NCBI RefSeq assembly: GCF_006345805.1
Contig: NC_042997.1
Span: 199,082,001-199,146,000, forward strand
Reading direction: 5' to 3'
Origin: Octopus sinensis
Taxonomy: Eukaryota
DNA length: 64,000 nt
This document shows positions 37,666 through 49,335 of this stretch, piece after piece; the stretch's first letter is position 1; every line of letters starts with the position of its first letter. The notes under the pieces are model-generated. The model was given only the letters and a program-made list of their open reading frames with translations. It did not search any database and was not told the origin of the DNA. Both the position numbers and the translations under genes were made by a program.

Positions 37666-37727
37666 TCAGTCATCAGTCAAGAACCAGATCATCTTAGCAA
37701 TTTCGGCTGATTAATCTTGAGATTGCT
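37666..37727 (-). ncRNA. Candidate hammerhead ribozyme with non-canonical segment order (copy R)
   Basis: Identical to 36934-36995. Confidence 0.55.
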
Positions 37728-37805
37728 CCGATATGGCCAGCCCGCCAAGGGAAATCTAAGCCAAGCGCATTAGATCCCCTGGAAGAAAGCTTCGAATGTA
37801 TACAA

Positions 37806-37823
37806 TATATATATATGTGCATG

Positions 37824-37864
<41 letters not shown>

Positions 37865-38200
37865 GTGTATGTATGTGTGTATATGTGTATGTATGTGTGT
37901 ATGTATATATATATAGATATGTATATATGTGTATGTATGTGTGTATGTATATATATATAGATATGTATGCGTGTGTGTGTATGTATATATGTGCTTGTAT
38001 ATGTGTGTGTGTGTGTATATATATATATATGTATATATGTGCATGTATGTGTATATATATATATATATATAGATATATATATATGTGCATGTATGTGTGT
38101 GTATATATATATGTATATATATGCATGTATATATATATATATATATAAATTAATAAATAAAACATATGCATATATACATACATATGTGTACGTACCTACC
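37806..38200. repeat. Compound (TA)/(TG) microsatellite
   Basis: Directly visible. Confidence 0.95.
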
Positions 38201-38224
38201 TCTACATGTATATATACATGCATA

Positions 38225-38385
38225 TATGGGTACAGGACACCAAAAAAACGTCGAACACAATGAGAAACGAAAACATAAACACAAAACCAAGGAACTGGAC
38301 ATTTTTCTTAAACAACGAAAAAAATAGAGTACAGGACAAATAACACAGGGAAAATTTCCCTTCTTCAGTTGCCATGGTTTCATGT
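38225..38385 (-). mobile_element. Probable Penelope-like terminal fragment within TA repeats
   Basis: Minus strand has CUGAAGA plus an AGGG/CCCU hairpin followed by a U-rich tail; TA-rich flanks; GAAA is absent. Confidence 0.35.
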
Positions 38386-39244
38386 GCATGTATATACATA
38401 TATATATGCCAATATAAAAGTACTAATAAAAACAGTTAAGGTAGAGTTTTTGGCTTTTGGTTTTTGCATATGCTAATGCAAGTTAATAAATTTGATTGGT
38501 CTGCAGACATCAAGATACTAAACTGAAGAAAATGAACAAAAAACAGAAACGGTGCGGCTTGTATTTTTTTTTGGAAGGGCACAGCAATGTTAAGAGGTTA
38601 ATAATAGACATTTAGAGCCGTGGAGATTAAGTGCAATCAGCAAATCAATGCAAACACCGAATCCTTGTAATCAGTGCAATCAATAAAGCAGTGAACCATG
38701 AAACCGATGCACTCGTTGCAGTCGGTAAAATCATTTCAATCGCTGCAACCAATGCAATCACTGAAGAATGTCAATCAAATGGAGGATTTTTATATTGGAT
38801 GGAATTAAGATTTCTGCAGATTATTGGAACAGCTCTGTTCTAGACATGAGCAGCATCATATAGGAGATGTATTGGTTGTATATAGGGAGCTGTTCCTTTC
38901 ATTAAAGAAGCCTGTTGAACTCAGAATCAAAACGTTTTGGGAGCTTGAATGGAGATCTTTCAATGTTGGTGTGGTAACTTTGGTCTCCTTAATTCTTCGG
39001 TAAGAATCACTCATCTGAAGATAGAATTTGTGAGGTAATGTAGCAAAAGGATTAGTTTGGCATCAGTTTGTAAAATTAGAAGAGCAGTGATTCATCTTCT
39101 AGTCTCTTCTAGCAGTCTTGATATTAAGATAATCATGTGCTAGTACACCAGACAAAATTTTAACCCATGCCAGCATGGACAACGGACGTTAAATGATAAT
39201 GATGATGATGGTGGTGGTGATGAATTCATCCAGTTCTATATGTA

Positions 39245-39510
39245 AGAGATGAGGAATTATGTACATTATTTACATTTGATGGATATTTATCCTCTTTTGT
39301 TTGTTGTTAACACAACGTTTCGGCTGATAAAGCCTCCAGCCTTCATCAGGTGTCTTGGGGAAATTTTGAACTTGGGTTCTCATTCCTAAGGTATTTTTCG
39401 ATGTTGTTGTTGTTATTATTATTATTGTTATTATTATTATTATTATTATTCAGGTAACAGCCTGGAATCGAACTCGGAATCTTGGAGTTAGTAACCCACG
39501 CTCTTAATCC
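39245..39510 (-). mobile_element. tRNA-headed element with (AAT)n spacer and HHR-bearing tail
   Basis: B box GAGTTCGATTCC (rc of 39464-39475), AAT run about 39403-39450, HHR at 39309-39354. Confidence 0.7.
39309..39354 (-). ncRNA. Minimal type I hammerhead ribozyme motif with ACGU palindromic stem III
   Basis: gacac-CUGAUGA-a-GGCUG-10nt-CAGCC-GAA-ACGU-U-guguu; one extra A after A9; GUU triplet. Confidence 0.7.
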
Positions 39511-39686
39511 CAATATTCTGAGTTCAATTCCAGGCAGCGTCCTAAATAATAATGATAATAATAATATCAAAAAATACCTTAGGAATGAGAACTCAGGTTC
39601 GAAATTTCCCCAAGACACCTGCTGAAGGCTGGAAGGTATACCATCCAAAACGTTGTGTTAACAACAAACAAGATGAGGACAAATAA
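39511..39686 (+). mobile_element. Second, divergently oriented copy of the tRNA-HHR element (core mutated)
   Basis: B box gagttcaattcc 39520-39531, AAT run, then gacac-CTGCTGA...AAAACGTT-gtgtt at 39614-39659. Confidence 0.7.
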
Positions 39687-40200
39687 TGATTTCATCCATC
39701 TTTACATTCTGAGTTCAAATTATACTGAGGTCAACTTTGACTTTCATCCTTTCAGGATCAATGAAATATGTACCAACATCACTTCCCCCAAAACTTCAGA
39801 CCTTGTGCCTATAGAAGAAAAGATATGAAGACAATCATGCAAATGAGTTTCATCTTTCTAAAGACATGTCTTATGAAATTATTTTTTTTCCTTTCATGAC
39901 ACTGTTTATAAAAATTTGACCTTTTCAAATTTCTTTCATGGTACTTGTCACCTATCAGACTCATCCCAGTATTTAGCCCTGGATGGAGCTTCCCACCTGC
40001 TTTGGGCTGCGTTCCCATATAACTTGCTCTAAATAACTTTCTCAGTCAGATCCTTGTGTTAGAAAAGTAAATGTAAAACATTAGCAAGAAACTGTAATCT
40101 CTAAATTTTACTCATCAAGAATGACTTCTGGACTCAGCAGTGTTACCATTTTATGAATTAGGATGATATTTTATGAGTAAGGAAATGTTTTCTTTTCCAA

Positions 40201-40533
40201 TTAACCCCTTACCCAGCAAAGGCGAGTTAACTTGTCTTCACCCAATTTGTATTTTTCAGAGTGCGACGATCAAACTCGTCTAAAACATATTTCAAAAACA
40301 ACCACAGACAAGCTTATACGTCAATTCTCGGCATTTCTCAGTTTTTATCTGTGTTTTTTTTTCTTTCTTTTTTACAAATTACGCTCAGATGTGGAGCTCA
40401 GAAGATGACAATGAGTGTGAACTTTCTATTAGATGCTTGGATACATCAGATGAAAGTGCAAGCTCGTCTGATAAAAAAATTTGTCTGAAAATGAAATGTT
40501 TTCTCCAAAAAAAGTTGCCAGGGAAGGGGTTAA
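40201..40533 (+). mobile_element. piggyBac-like internal-deletion derivative
   Basis: TTAA at 40201-40204 and 40530-40533; TIRs ccccttacccagcaa / ttgccagggaagggg (12/15 match); internal acidic MWSSEDDNECELSIRCLDTSDESASSSD resembles piggyBac transposase N-termini. Confidence 0.7.
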
Positions 40534-41924
40534 AATATTAAATTACTGCATTCTGTTTTCCTGTCATATTACAGAATTTCCTCTGGATTTCTTAATTTTC
40601 ATTTATGAAGGATGCGGGTGATGTTGCAGGTATTTTGTGATCAAATGATAAGCATATTGGAGATGATATGCAGGTAACGTAAGATAATTAATGAGTTCTA
40701 CTTGGATGTGTGAGTTCAGAGGACCGAGAAGTGGAAAAACCATAATTCATCTCTTCATTTTTACGTTTGTTACTTAAAAATTATGTGAATAGCTTTTGTG
40801 CATAGAAGGTGATATTTATGAAGATAATAAGTACTTTGTAAAAAAAGAGAGAGAGAAAGGTTTTGCTGTGAAATGTTTGTAATGTAATCCCTGAAAAGGA
40901 AAAAAATAGGATTTGTAGTAGTTCAGATTTCTTTATTAAAAATTATTTCCAAAAATATTTGAACAGTTAATTTCATTTAATGAGCTTTACAAATCTGAAG
41001 TGATATTTGCCATTAAAACTATTTTAAGACATTTATGTTATTCAAATCAAACAGCGTAGATGACTGAAGCAGAGAAAATTTGAATAATTTTCTTAAAAGC
41101 TACTAAAAATTCGAAAAAGGAAACAATTTATTCAGAATTTAACATGTCAATCGACATAGTATAGATTTTCATACCAGTTTGAAATACTTCTGCTGAAAAA
41201 GAGAAAAATTAATAGAAAGGCAAATAATCTTCATTAACTATTAAGAAAATTTAATTATGTAAATAGAAATATTTAAAATATTAAAAATAAATAAATAAGA
41301 TATTTAAATTATGGAGATAACAACCTGAAATAATATATCAATGAGAAAAATTTATATGCTTTTATTTTGTTTGCAGTGAACCAAGATGATAAGATATAAT
41401 ATATTGAGTCATACATTTCTCAAGGTAAATTAGTTAGCTACTCCTTTAATAATGCCTAAAAATTCTTCCCCAAAGTATTTAGTATTAAGCTTTTCTTCTT
41501 CCTCTGAAAGTATGCCATCCATATTTCCCCTGCTTTAGTAGAACGTACCTACCAAATTAGTATCATTCTAGTTTTCTATAGATATATTTTAAAAGAACAT
41601 TAAAACAAATTATTTTATCTTAATGCTATTTCTTTTTATTTGATCGGATTATTTGATAATATTTTAATACAATTTTGCTACAATATAGAATTACAAATTT
41701 CAGTTTCAGAGGTAAATGTTCTTAAACAGAAATTTATTGAGAATTATTGGAGTCAGCAGGTTTAAGAAAATTCATTTTATTTTTTATCTCGCAACAAATA
41801 TGGTAACTTAAATGTTCTTTATCCATTTCATGTTTAGATTTCAAATGAGCTTATATTTATAACAGCTTGATGTTTATAATCATAAATTTTAGAATATTAG
41901 TCTACTGATATATTTCATCATCAT

Positions 41925-42215
41925 CATCGTTTAACGTCTGTTCTCCATGCTAGCATGGGTTGGACGGTTTGACCGGGGATCTGGGAAGCCAGAAGGCTGC
42001 ACCAAGCTCCGGTCTTATCTGGCAATGTTTCTACAGCTGGATGCCCTTCCTAACGCCAACCACTCCGTGAGTGTAGTGGATGCTTTTTACGTGCCATCTG
42101 CACTGGTGCCAGGCAAGGCTGGCATCAGCCACGGTCAGATTGGTGCATTTTATGTGCCACCAGCACGGAAGCCAGTCGAGGCGACGCTGGCATCGGCCAC
42201 GATTCAGATAGTGCT
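41925..42215 (-). mobile_element. Short copy of the RTE LINE 3' end
   Basis: Reverse complement of the RTE tail. Confidence 0.8.
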
Positions 42216-43029
42216 TTAATAAAAGAATAATTTGTTACAGTTTATTGCTGCCAGGATTTTAAAAAATATTTTAGACTTTAAAAGCTATTGGAATATCAAA
42301 CACATTTTATGTTCCTCTGTACCTTACATTTTAATCTATCAATTATCCCATCATTTTCAGGTGTTTTCTTTTTCATGTACATTTTACACAAAAAGCCTAG
42401 TCTTCTATAAAAAGCAACAACAAAAAAAACAGTTTTTGAAAATTCCCTAACTTTACACGGTGTGCTTATTAAAGAACAATTATTTATTTGACTGGTTGAT
42501 TAGTTTTATTACTAATATTATCGTTGTATGTCTTCACAGCTAATTTATATTTGACTGGTAAAGATTATTCTAAATTAGAAAAATGACAAATGATAATATT
42601 GAGTGTGAACTCATATAGATTGCTTATACGCATTCTGTTATTACTAAAATATCTTTTAAAATATTGATAAATTTGATATCAGTTCAAATATGCTTGAGAT
42701 GTATTCAAACTCATAAGAAAGCAATTTACTGTATTTTGTCATGGAGAAAGGATTCTTGCTGCAGACAAATAGATGTCAGATTGTAGCACCCCTCCTTTCC
42801 AAAGGTTAATGCTGAAGAGGCGATGACTACTCTGTAATGCATGCATCTATTAATCTTGGTAGGAGGTTCTTTGAACTGACTTGCTGTGTTAACACCTATT
42901 TGTCTACATCAAGAATTTTTCTCCATAACAAAACACAGTGGATGACTTTCTTAGAGGTTTGCACTTGTAATCTATATTTTATTATGGCCAGGCTGCTGAT
43001 TAGTTCAACCAGTTACAGTATATTGACTG

Positions 43030-43785
43030 GAAAAATGATAATGAAATTATTGTGTATAGTGCTCAGGTGCACTACAACTCATCAAAAGTGCAATGTACAG
43101 TACATAGAATTATGTACAAAAGTCAGGAAAGTGAACAGTGTATGAGTCATGATATACATGTGTGCATAATGAGAGAGACTTGGTCTCTCATCGGTTTGTA
43201 GTCCCACATTTCCCACTGTTTGATAACCGAAGGGGAGATAACTACTCTGAAATACATGCAGCCCTCAGTCCGGGTAGGCAGTGCTTTGAACTGTGTTTAC
43301 TCCTATTTTTCTACAGTGGGACAAAATACAGTGAATGGCTAACATAGAGGTTTGAATATGGTTTCAAGTATATTTGAACTCTTAAGTTTATATTTGTAAT
43401 CAGCACAACTTAACACTTCTAATCCATACAATATTTAGATATATATATATTTGTTAAAAGAAGGGCCACAAAGCAACCATAAACCAGACAGACAACAACG
43501 AAAACTAGAAGTATGTACATGCACAGCACAAAGAACAAATAACAACAAAAAAAAATACAGAACAATAAGAGGAAAGGGTGTATTGGCATGTCAAGGGTAG
43601 TAGTGGTGAATTTTATGAAGATTAGATCTCATGGAAGATGCAGCATTCTGTCAGCTAACAACTGACTCAGGTAGTTTATTCCTTGTCTTCACAAATCAGA
43701 GTATATTAAAATGTTTCTAAGAGTCATGGATGCTGTGCTGGTCTTTTGACTTTATAAGCTTGTCCATGAGTGCTAGAGGTCATCA
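43030..43785 (-). mobile_element. CR1-type LINE 3' end, interrupted and decayed
   Basis: Homology to 5225-5560 at 43045-43170 and 43570-43780. Confidence 0.6.
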
Positions 43786-44300
43786 TCATCATCATCATCA
43801 TTGTTTAACGTCTGCTTTCCATGCTAGCATGGGTTGGACGATTTGACTGAGGGCTGGCGAACCAGATGGCTGCACCAGGCTTCAATCTTGAGCTGGCAGA
43901 GTTTCTACAGCTGGATGCCCTTCCTAACGCCAACAACTCCAAGAGTGTAGTGGGTGCTTTTACGTGCCACTGGCACAGGGTCAGTCAGCTGGTACTGGCT
44001 TGAATCTTTTACACATGCTACTGGCACAGGTGCCAGTAAGGTGATGCTGGTAACGATCACGCTCAAATGGTGTCTTTTACGTGCCACCAGCATGGAGGCC
44101 ATATAGTCGCTCTGGCAACGATCACGCTCGGATGGCACTCTTAAAACCCTACTTGCACGGGGCTTGAGTGCCAGGAAGGCGATGCTGGTAATGATCACAC
44201 TCGAATGGTGCCTTTTAAGTGCCACTGGCATGGAAGTTGCTTAGCCGCTCTGTCAACGATCACACTCGTATGGTGCTCTGTGCATCCTGCTAGCACAGAC
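43785..44300 (-). mobile_element. RTE 3'-end-related element with internal tandem subrepeats
   Basis: RTE tail plus several copies of ggtaacgatcacgctcgaatggtg...gtgccac. Confidence 0.75.
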
Positions 44301-45108
44301 ACTGAAAATAAATAGCATAAGAGTAAATATAAACTCTTTGTCTTTGTACAATCCATTACTTAATTTACTGATTCACAAAGCAGAAAAGCAGTGTAGAGTA
44401 GACAAAACTTGGCTTAATTAATTTCCATACTGTGTTCCTTTTTTTAACATAGGTGAGTCGACAAAAGTTTGGAATAAGATATTTGAAATTGTAAAAATGT
44501 CATTCTAGCTACAATTGAGAGAAACATTTAATCATATTCATTATAACATTGGTATATTTTAATTTTCTAATAAGTAGAATAGCAAAGACATGAAAATAAA
44601 AACAAGAGAAAAATACGTTTACTTCAATTCAAATAAGATATTATTATTCATTTTTGTTTTCTTATCATCTGATTTCCATTTTTAATTTAAATCTAAATAC
44701 TTATTATGTATGATAAACAGCTTATTCCTTTGCAATCGGCTCATTGTGCAATCTTTTGTTTGTTGTAAAGTTGAAATTTGCATCGTCTTATTCGATATCA
44801 TTAGTGACATTATACATTCATTCTATTCAAAATAAGTTTTTATTCTTCCTTATTTCCAGAACATTAATTTCATCAGGAACACTAATAACGGCCAATTAAT
44901 GGAATGTTATAGATTCTCAAAAGTATAATTTTAATTTATCAAAATAATATCCATGAGCAAGTATTTATCCTTCTGAGACCATTTTCCATTAATTTAGGTT
45001 AATTATTGAATGCATGAAATTTAGAACATTCCATCTTTAATATTAATCTTATGGTTTATAAAACTGTAGTACAGAACAGAGTAACTTTCTTGTTATTATA
45101 TATATGTA

Positions 45109-45134
<26 letters not shown>

Positions 45135-45139
<5 letters not shown>

Positions 45140-45335
45140 TATATATGTATGTAAAATATATATATATATGCAAAATATATATATGTATGTAAAATATATA
45201 TATATATGCAAAATATATATATGTATGTATGTAAAATATATATATATATGCAAAATATATATATGTATGTATGTAAAATATATATATATGCAAAATATAT
45301 ATATGTATGTAAAATATATATATATATATATATAT
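45135..45335. repeat. AT-rich minisatellite of about 40 bp (gtaaaatatatatatatatgcaaaatatatatatgtat)n
   Basis: About 4-5 units visible. Confidence 0.9.
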
Positions 45336-45669
45336 CCTAACCGCTAGGTGTGTGACCTAGTGGTTTGGATGTTGATCTCATGACCACAAGGTTGTGGGTT
45401 CAAATTCTGGATCTAGCAGTCAACATAAATAGTTTTCTCATTCATGTATATTTTCTTCCTCTTTAGCTGCTAAATTTAAATCCCAAAAACCATGCTAAAG
45501 AAAGGTACATTCCAGAAATAATTGCAACTTCACATAGCATTATTAGTGAGAAGAATGTTTTTGTGGCAGATTTAAAGCTTTTTGTTTATAAAATTGAAAT
45601 TGCTACATTAATAACTCACCGCCCCCACCCCCTAGATGTACCATATATTCACATATATACATGCATGTA

Positions 45670-46006
45670 GTGAAGGCGCATGGCTCAGTGGTTAGAGCAT
45701 CGAGCTCACGATCATGAGGTTGTGAGTTCGAATCCTGGACCGGGCTGTGTGTTGTGTTCTTGAGCAAGACACTTTATTTCACGTTGTTCCAATTCGCTCA
45801 GCTGTAGAAATGAGTTGTGACATCACTGGTGCCAAGCTGTATCGGCCCTTGCCTTTTCCTTGGATAACACTGGTGGCATGGAGAGGGGAGGCCGGTATAC
45901 ATGGGTGACTGCTGGTCTTCCACAATCAACCTTGCCCAGACTTGTGCCTGGGAGGGTAACTTTCTAGGTTGCAATCCCATGGTCAGTCATGACCGAAGGG
46001 GGTCAC
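45670..46006 (+). mobile_element. tRNA-derived SINE family C
   Basis: gaaggcgcatggctcagtggttagagc...gagttcgaatcc head, CORE-like motif, tail ending ccgaagggggtc. Confidence 0.85.
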
Positions 46007-46112
46007 AACATGGATGTATATATCAAACAAGGGAAATATTAAATGATATTATTTGCCTTTGTATGACATAAACAACATAGACACTTAACAGCATTTATTT
46101 TAAGAGTCAAAT

Positions 46113-46510
46113 AAGGTGGCGAGCTGGCAGAAACGTTAGCATGGCGGCCGGAATGTTTAGCAGTATTTCGGCTGCCGTTATGTTCTGAGTACAAATTCTG
46201 CTGAGGTCGACTTTGCCTTTCATCCTTTCGAGGTCGATAAATTAAGTACCAATTACGCACTGGAGTCGATGTAATCAACTTAATCCGTTTGTCTATCCTT
46301 GTTTGTCCCCTCTGTGTTTAGCCCCTTGTGGGTAGTAAAGAAATAGGTATTTCACCCATTGCTACGTTCTGAGTTCATATTTCGCAAAGGTCAACTTTGC
46401 CTTTCATCCTTTCAGGATCGATAAATTAAGTACCAGTGAAATTTTGGGGTTGATGCAATCGACTAGTGCCCTGCCCCAAAGTTTCAGGCATTGTGCCTAT
46501 AGTAGAAAGG
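46113..46510 (+). mobile_element. SINE family D dimer
   Basis: One head and two central domains in tandem. Confidence 0.8.
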
Positions 46511-46594
46511 ATTATTAGAATCAAATACGGCCACAAACTGGTTGAATCGTTAACACACCGGGCAAAATGCTTAGTGGTATTATATTTATCCTTA

Positions 46595-49335
46595 TGGGTA
46601 GATAAAGTAATTGAGGTAATCAGAGTATGTGACAGAATACTTAAGATTAGATTAGTGCTTCATCATAGTTTAGCAACCATTATATCAGCCTATGCTCCTC
46701 AGTCGGGGCTACCCGATGGACAGAAAGACTGATTCTATGACACTCTACTGCAGACTACCTCGTTGACGAACGACAGAGACCTTATCTTTGTGGCTGGTGA
46801 CTTCAATGGTCACGTTGGACGACATGCTGGGGGCTTCCATGGCGTACATGGAGGCTATGGCTATGGCTCCCGCAACGAGGAGGGAACCAGGCTGCTGGAG
46901 TTCTGCGATGCAAATAATCTTATGATTTGCAACACTAACTTCAGGAAACCTACCAGCCACCTAGTCACTTACCAATCGGGCCAACATACCAGCCAAATTG
47001 ACTACATCCTTACAAGGCAAAGGGAGAGATGGCTGCTTATAAATGCCAAAACCTTCCCAGGTGAAGAATGTACCCCACAACATAGACTGGTAGTTAGTGA
47101 CTTTAGGATCAGGACTAGGAGGACACCAGAAGACGACAAATATGGAGAAGAAGGATCTGGAAGCTTAAAGATCCTGCAAATGGACAGAGATTTAGGGACA
47201 TATTACTTGAAGCCTCTGACGAAGTAGAAGGGGATAGAGCATCACAGGGGGTAGAAGACAGCTGGACGTTTCTAAGGGACAACCTGCTGAGAGCCACTGA
47301 CCAGATCTGTGGCTGGTGCAAAGTCCCCTCTCGACCTAGAATAACGTGGTGGTGGAACAATATTGTAGACAGGGCTATTAGAGAAAAGAGACAGGCTTGG
47401 AAGGTCTGGAAAAATGGGGGTAGCAGGGGATTATATCAGACTGCCAAAAGAGAAGCTAGGAGACAGGTTTATTTAGCCAGAGGGGAAGCAGATAAGAAAA
47501 AATTTGCCAATGTTCTGCGCCGTGAGGACCAAAGACTGGAGGTGTTTCGTGTTGCAAGACAGTGTGTGAGAGAGAATCGTGATGTGTAGGAGAGAAGTGT
47601 GTTCGCATGGAAGATGGTTCACTTGCGCTAAATGAGGATGCAAAGAGAGAGGTTTGGAGATGCCACTATGAAAGGTTGCTGAATGAAGAAAATGAATGGG
47701 ATAAAGAGAGTCTGCCGAATGTGACCCAACAGAGGGACCAGCTATCCGAGTTGATAGTTCCGTGGTAGCTAAGGCAATTAGAAGCATGAAGACAGGGAAA
47801 GCCCCAGGCCCATCAGGAATCACTGCAGAGATGCTCAAAATGTCGGGTAGTGTCGGCTATAGCCTAGTCACCCGTATAGTTAATCAGGTGATACACAAAG
47901 GGATCATACCCAATGACTGGTGTAGCAGTATAATAGTCAACTGCTACAAAGGTAAAGGTGATGCCCTAGATACAAATAACTACAGAGGTATCAAGCTGTT
48001 GGACCAGGTGATGAAGGTTACGGAGAGGTCATAGCCCAACTAATTAGAGAGAGAGTTAGTTTAGATGAGATGCAGTTTGGGTTTGTGCCAGGGAAAAGTA
48101 CTACTGATGCTATATTCGTGGTAAGGCAGCTGCAGGAGAAATACCTAGCCAAAGATAAGCCCCTGTACCTGGCTTTTGTTGACATGGAGAAAGCCTTCGA
48201 CAGGGTCCCCGATCCCTTATCTGGTGGGCAATGAGGAAACTAGGGATAGATGAATGGTTAGTGAGAGCTGTGCGGGCCATGTACAGGGACGCCGCTAGTA
48301 GGGTGAGGGTTGGAAATGTGTACAGTGAAGAATTCTGGGTAGAGGTAGGAGTCCACCAAGGCTCAGTACTCAGCCCCCTCCTATTTATCATAGTCCTCCA
48401 GGCAATAACAGAGGAATTCAAGACAGGATGCCCTTGGGAGCTCCTCTATGCTGATGACCTTGCTCTAATTGCTGAGTCGCTATCAGACTGGAGGAGAGTT
48501 TCAGGTGTGGAAACAAGGATTAGAATCGAAGGGCCTCAGAGTCAATCTAGCTAAAACCAAAGTCGTAATCAGTAGGAAGGTAGACAAATCACAAACACCT
48601 TCAGGTAGATGGCCCTGCTCGATCTGTAGAAAAGGTGTAGGTAGAAACTCTATAAGATGCACCAAGTGTAAGCTATGGACACATAAGAGATGCAGCAATG
48701 TCAAGGAAGGCTAACTAGGAAGATGGTTTTTGTATGTGGCAGATGCTCAGGAACAATAAACACTGAAAATGCTCTGAGACCAACTTCCGTCACTTTCCAG
48801 GGAGAAAAACTAGAATAGTTGATAGTTTCCGTTACCTAGGTGACCAAGTCAGCAGCGGGGGCGGGTGTGCTGAAGTGTAACTGCTAGAGTAAGAATAGCT
48901 TGGGCAAATTTCAGAGAGCTCTTACCTCTGCTGGTGACAAAAGGCCTCTCGCACAGAGTGAAAGGCAGACTGTATGATGCGTGTGTACGAACAGCCATGC
49001 TACATGGCAGTGAAACATGGGCCGTGACTGCTGAGGATATGCGTAAGCTCGCTAGAAATGAAGCCAGTATGCTTCGATGGATGTGTAATGCCGGTACTCA
49101 CACTCGGCAGAGTGTAAGTACCTTGAGAGAAAAGCTGGACCTAAGAAGCATCAGTTGTGGTGTGCAAGAGAGACGTTTGCGCTGGTATGGTCATGTGGCG
49201 AGAATGGATGAAGATAGTTGTGTGAAAAAGTGCCACACCCTAGCGGTTGAGGAACCTGTGAAGAGGCAGACCCAGGAAAACCTGGGACGAGGTGGTGAAG
49301 CACGACCTTCGAACTTTAGGTCTCAGAGGAAATGA
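46595..49335 (+). pseudogene. Frameshifted APE endonuclease plus reverse transcriptase ORF
   Basis: SAYAPQ, GDFNGHVG, IDYIL (APE); KAPGPSG, KGKGD...NYRGIKLL, QFGF, DMEKAFDRV, GVHQGSVLSPLLF, YADD (RT); RRLRWYGHV...KTW (C-terminus); several frame breaks. Confidence 0.95.

Larger units (their letters stand above)
36836..37805 (-). mobile_element. 970-bp non-coding element with 238-bp direct terminal repeats (retrozyme/PLE-derivative-like)
   Basis: 36836-37073 and 37568-37805 are identical except 36900 a vs 37632 g (offset 732); TA/TG microsatellite on both flanks; no recognisable ORF. Confidence 0.75.

Noticed and set aside
38341-38368. Hammerhead-like CUGAAGA plus hairpin on the minus strand
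   Set aside because: GUGUU follows stem II instead of GAAA and no stem III/NUH is found; at best an inactive relic.
39614-39659. Plus-strand HHR copy as an active ribozyme
   Set aside because: A6>C and G12>A core changes plus a stem II mismatch.
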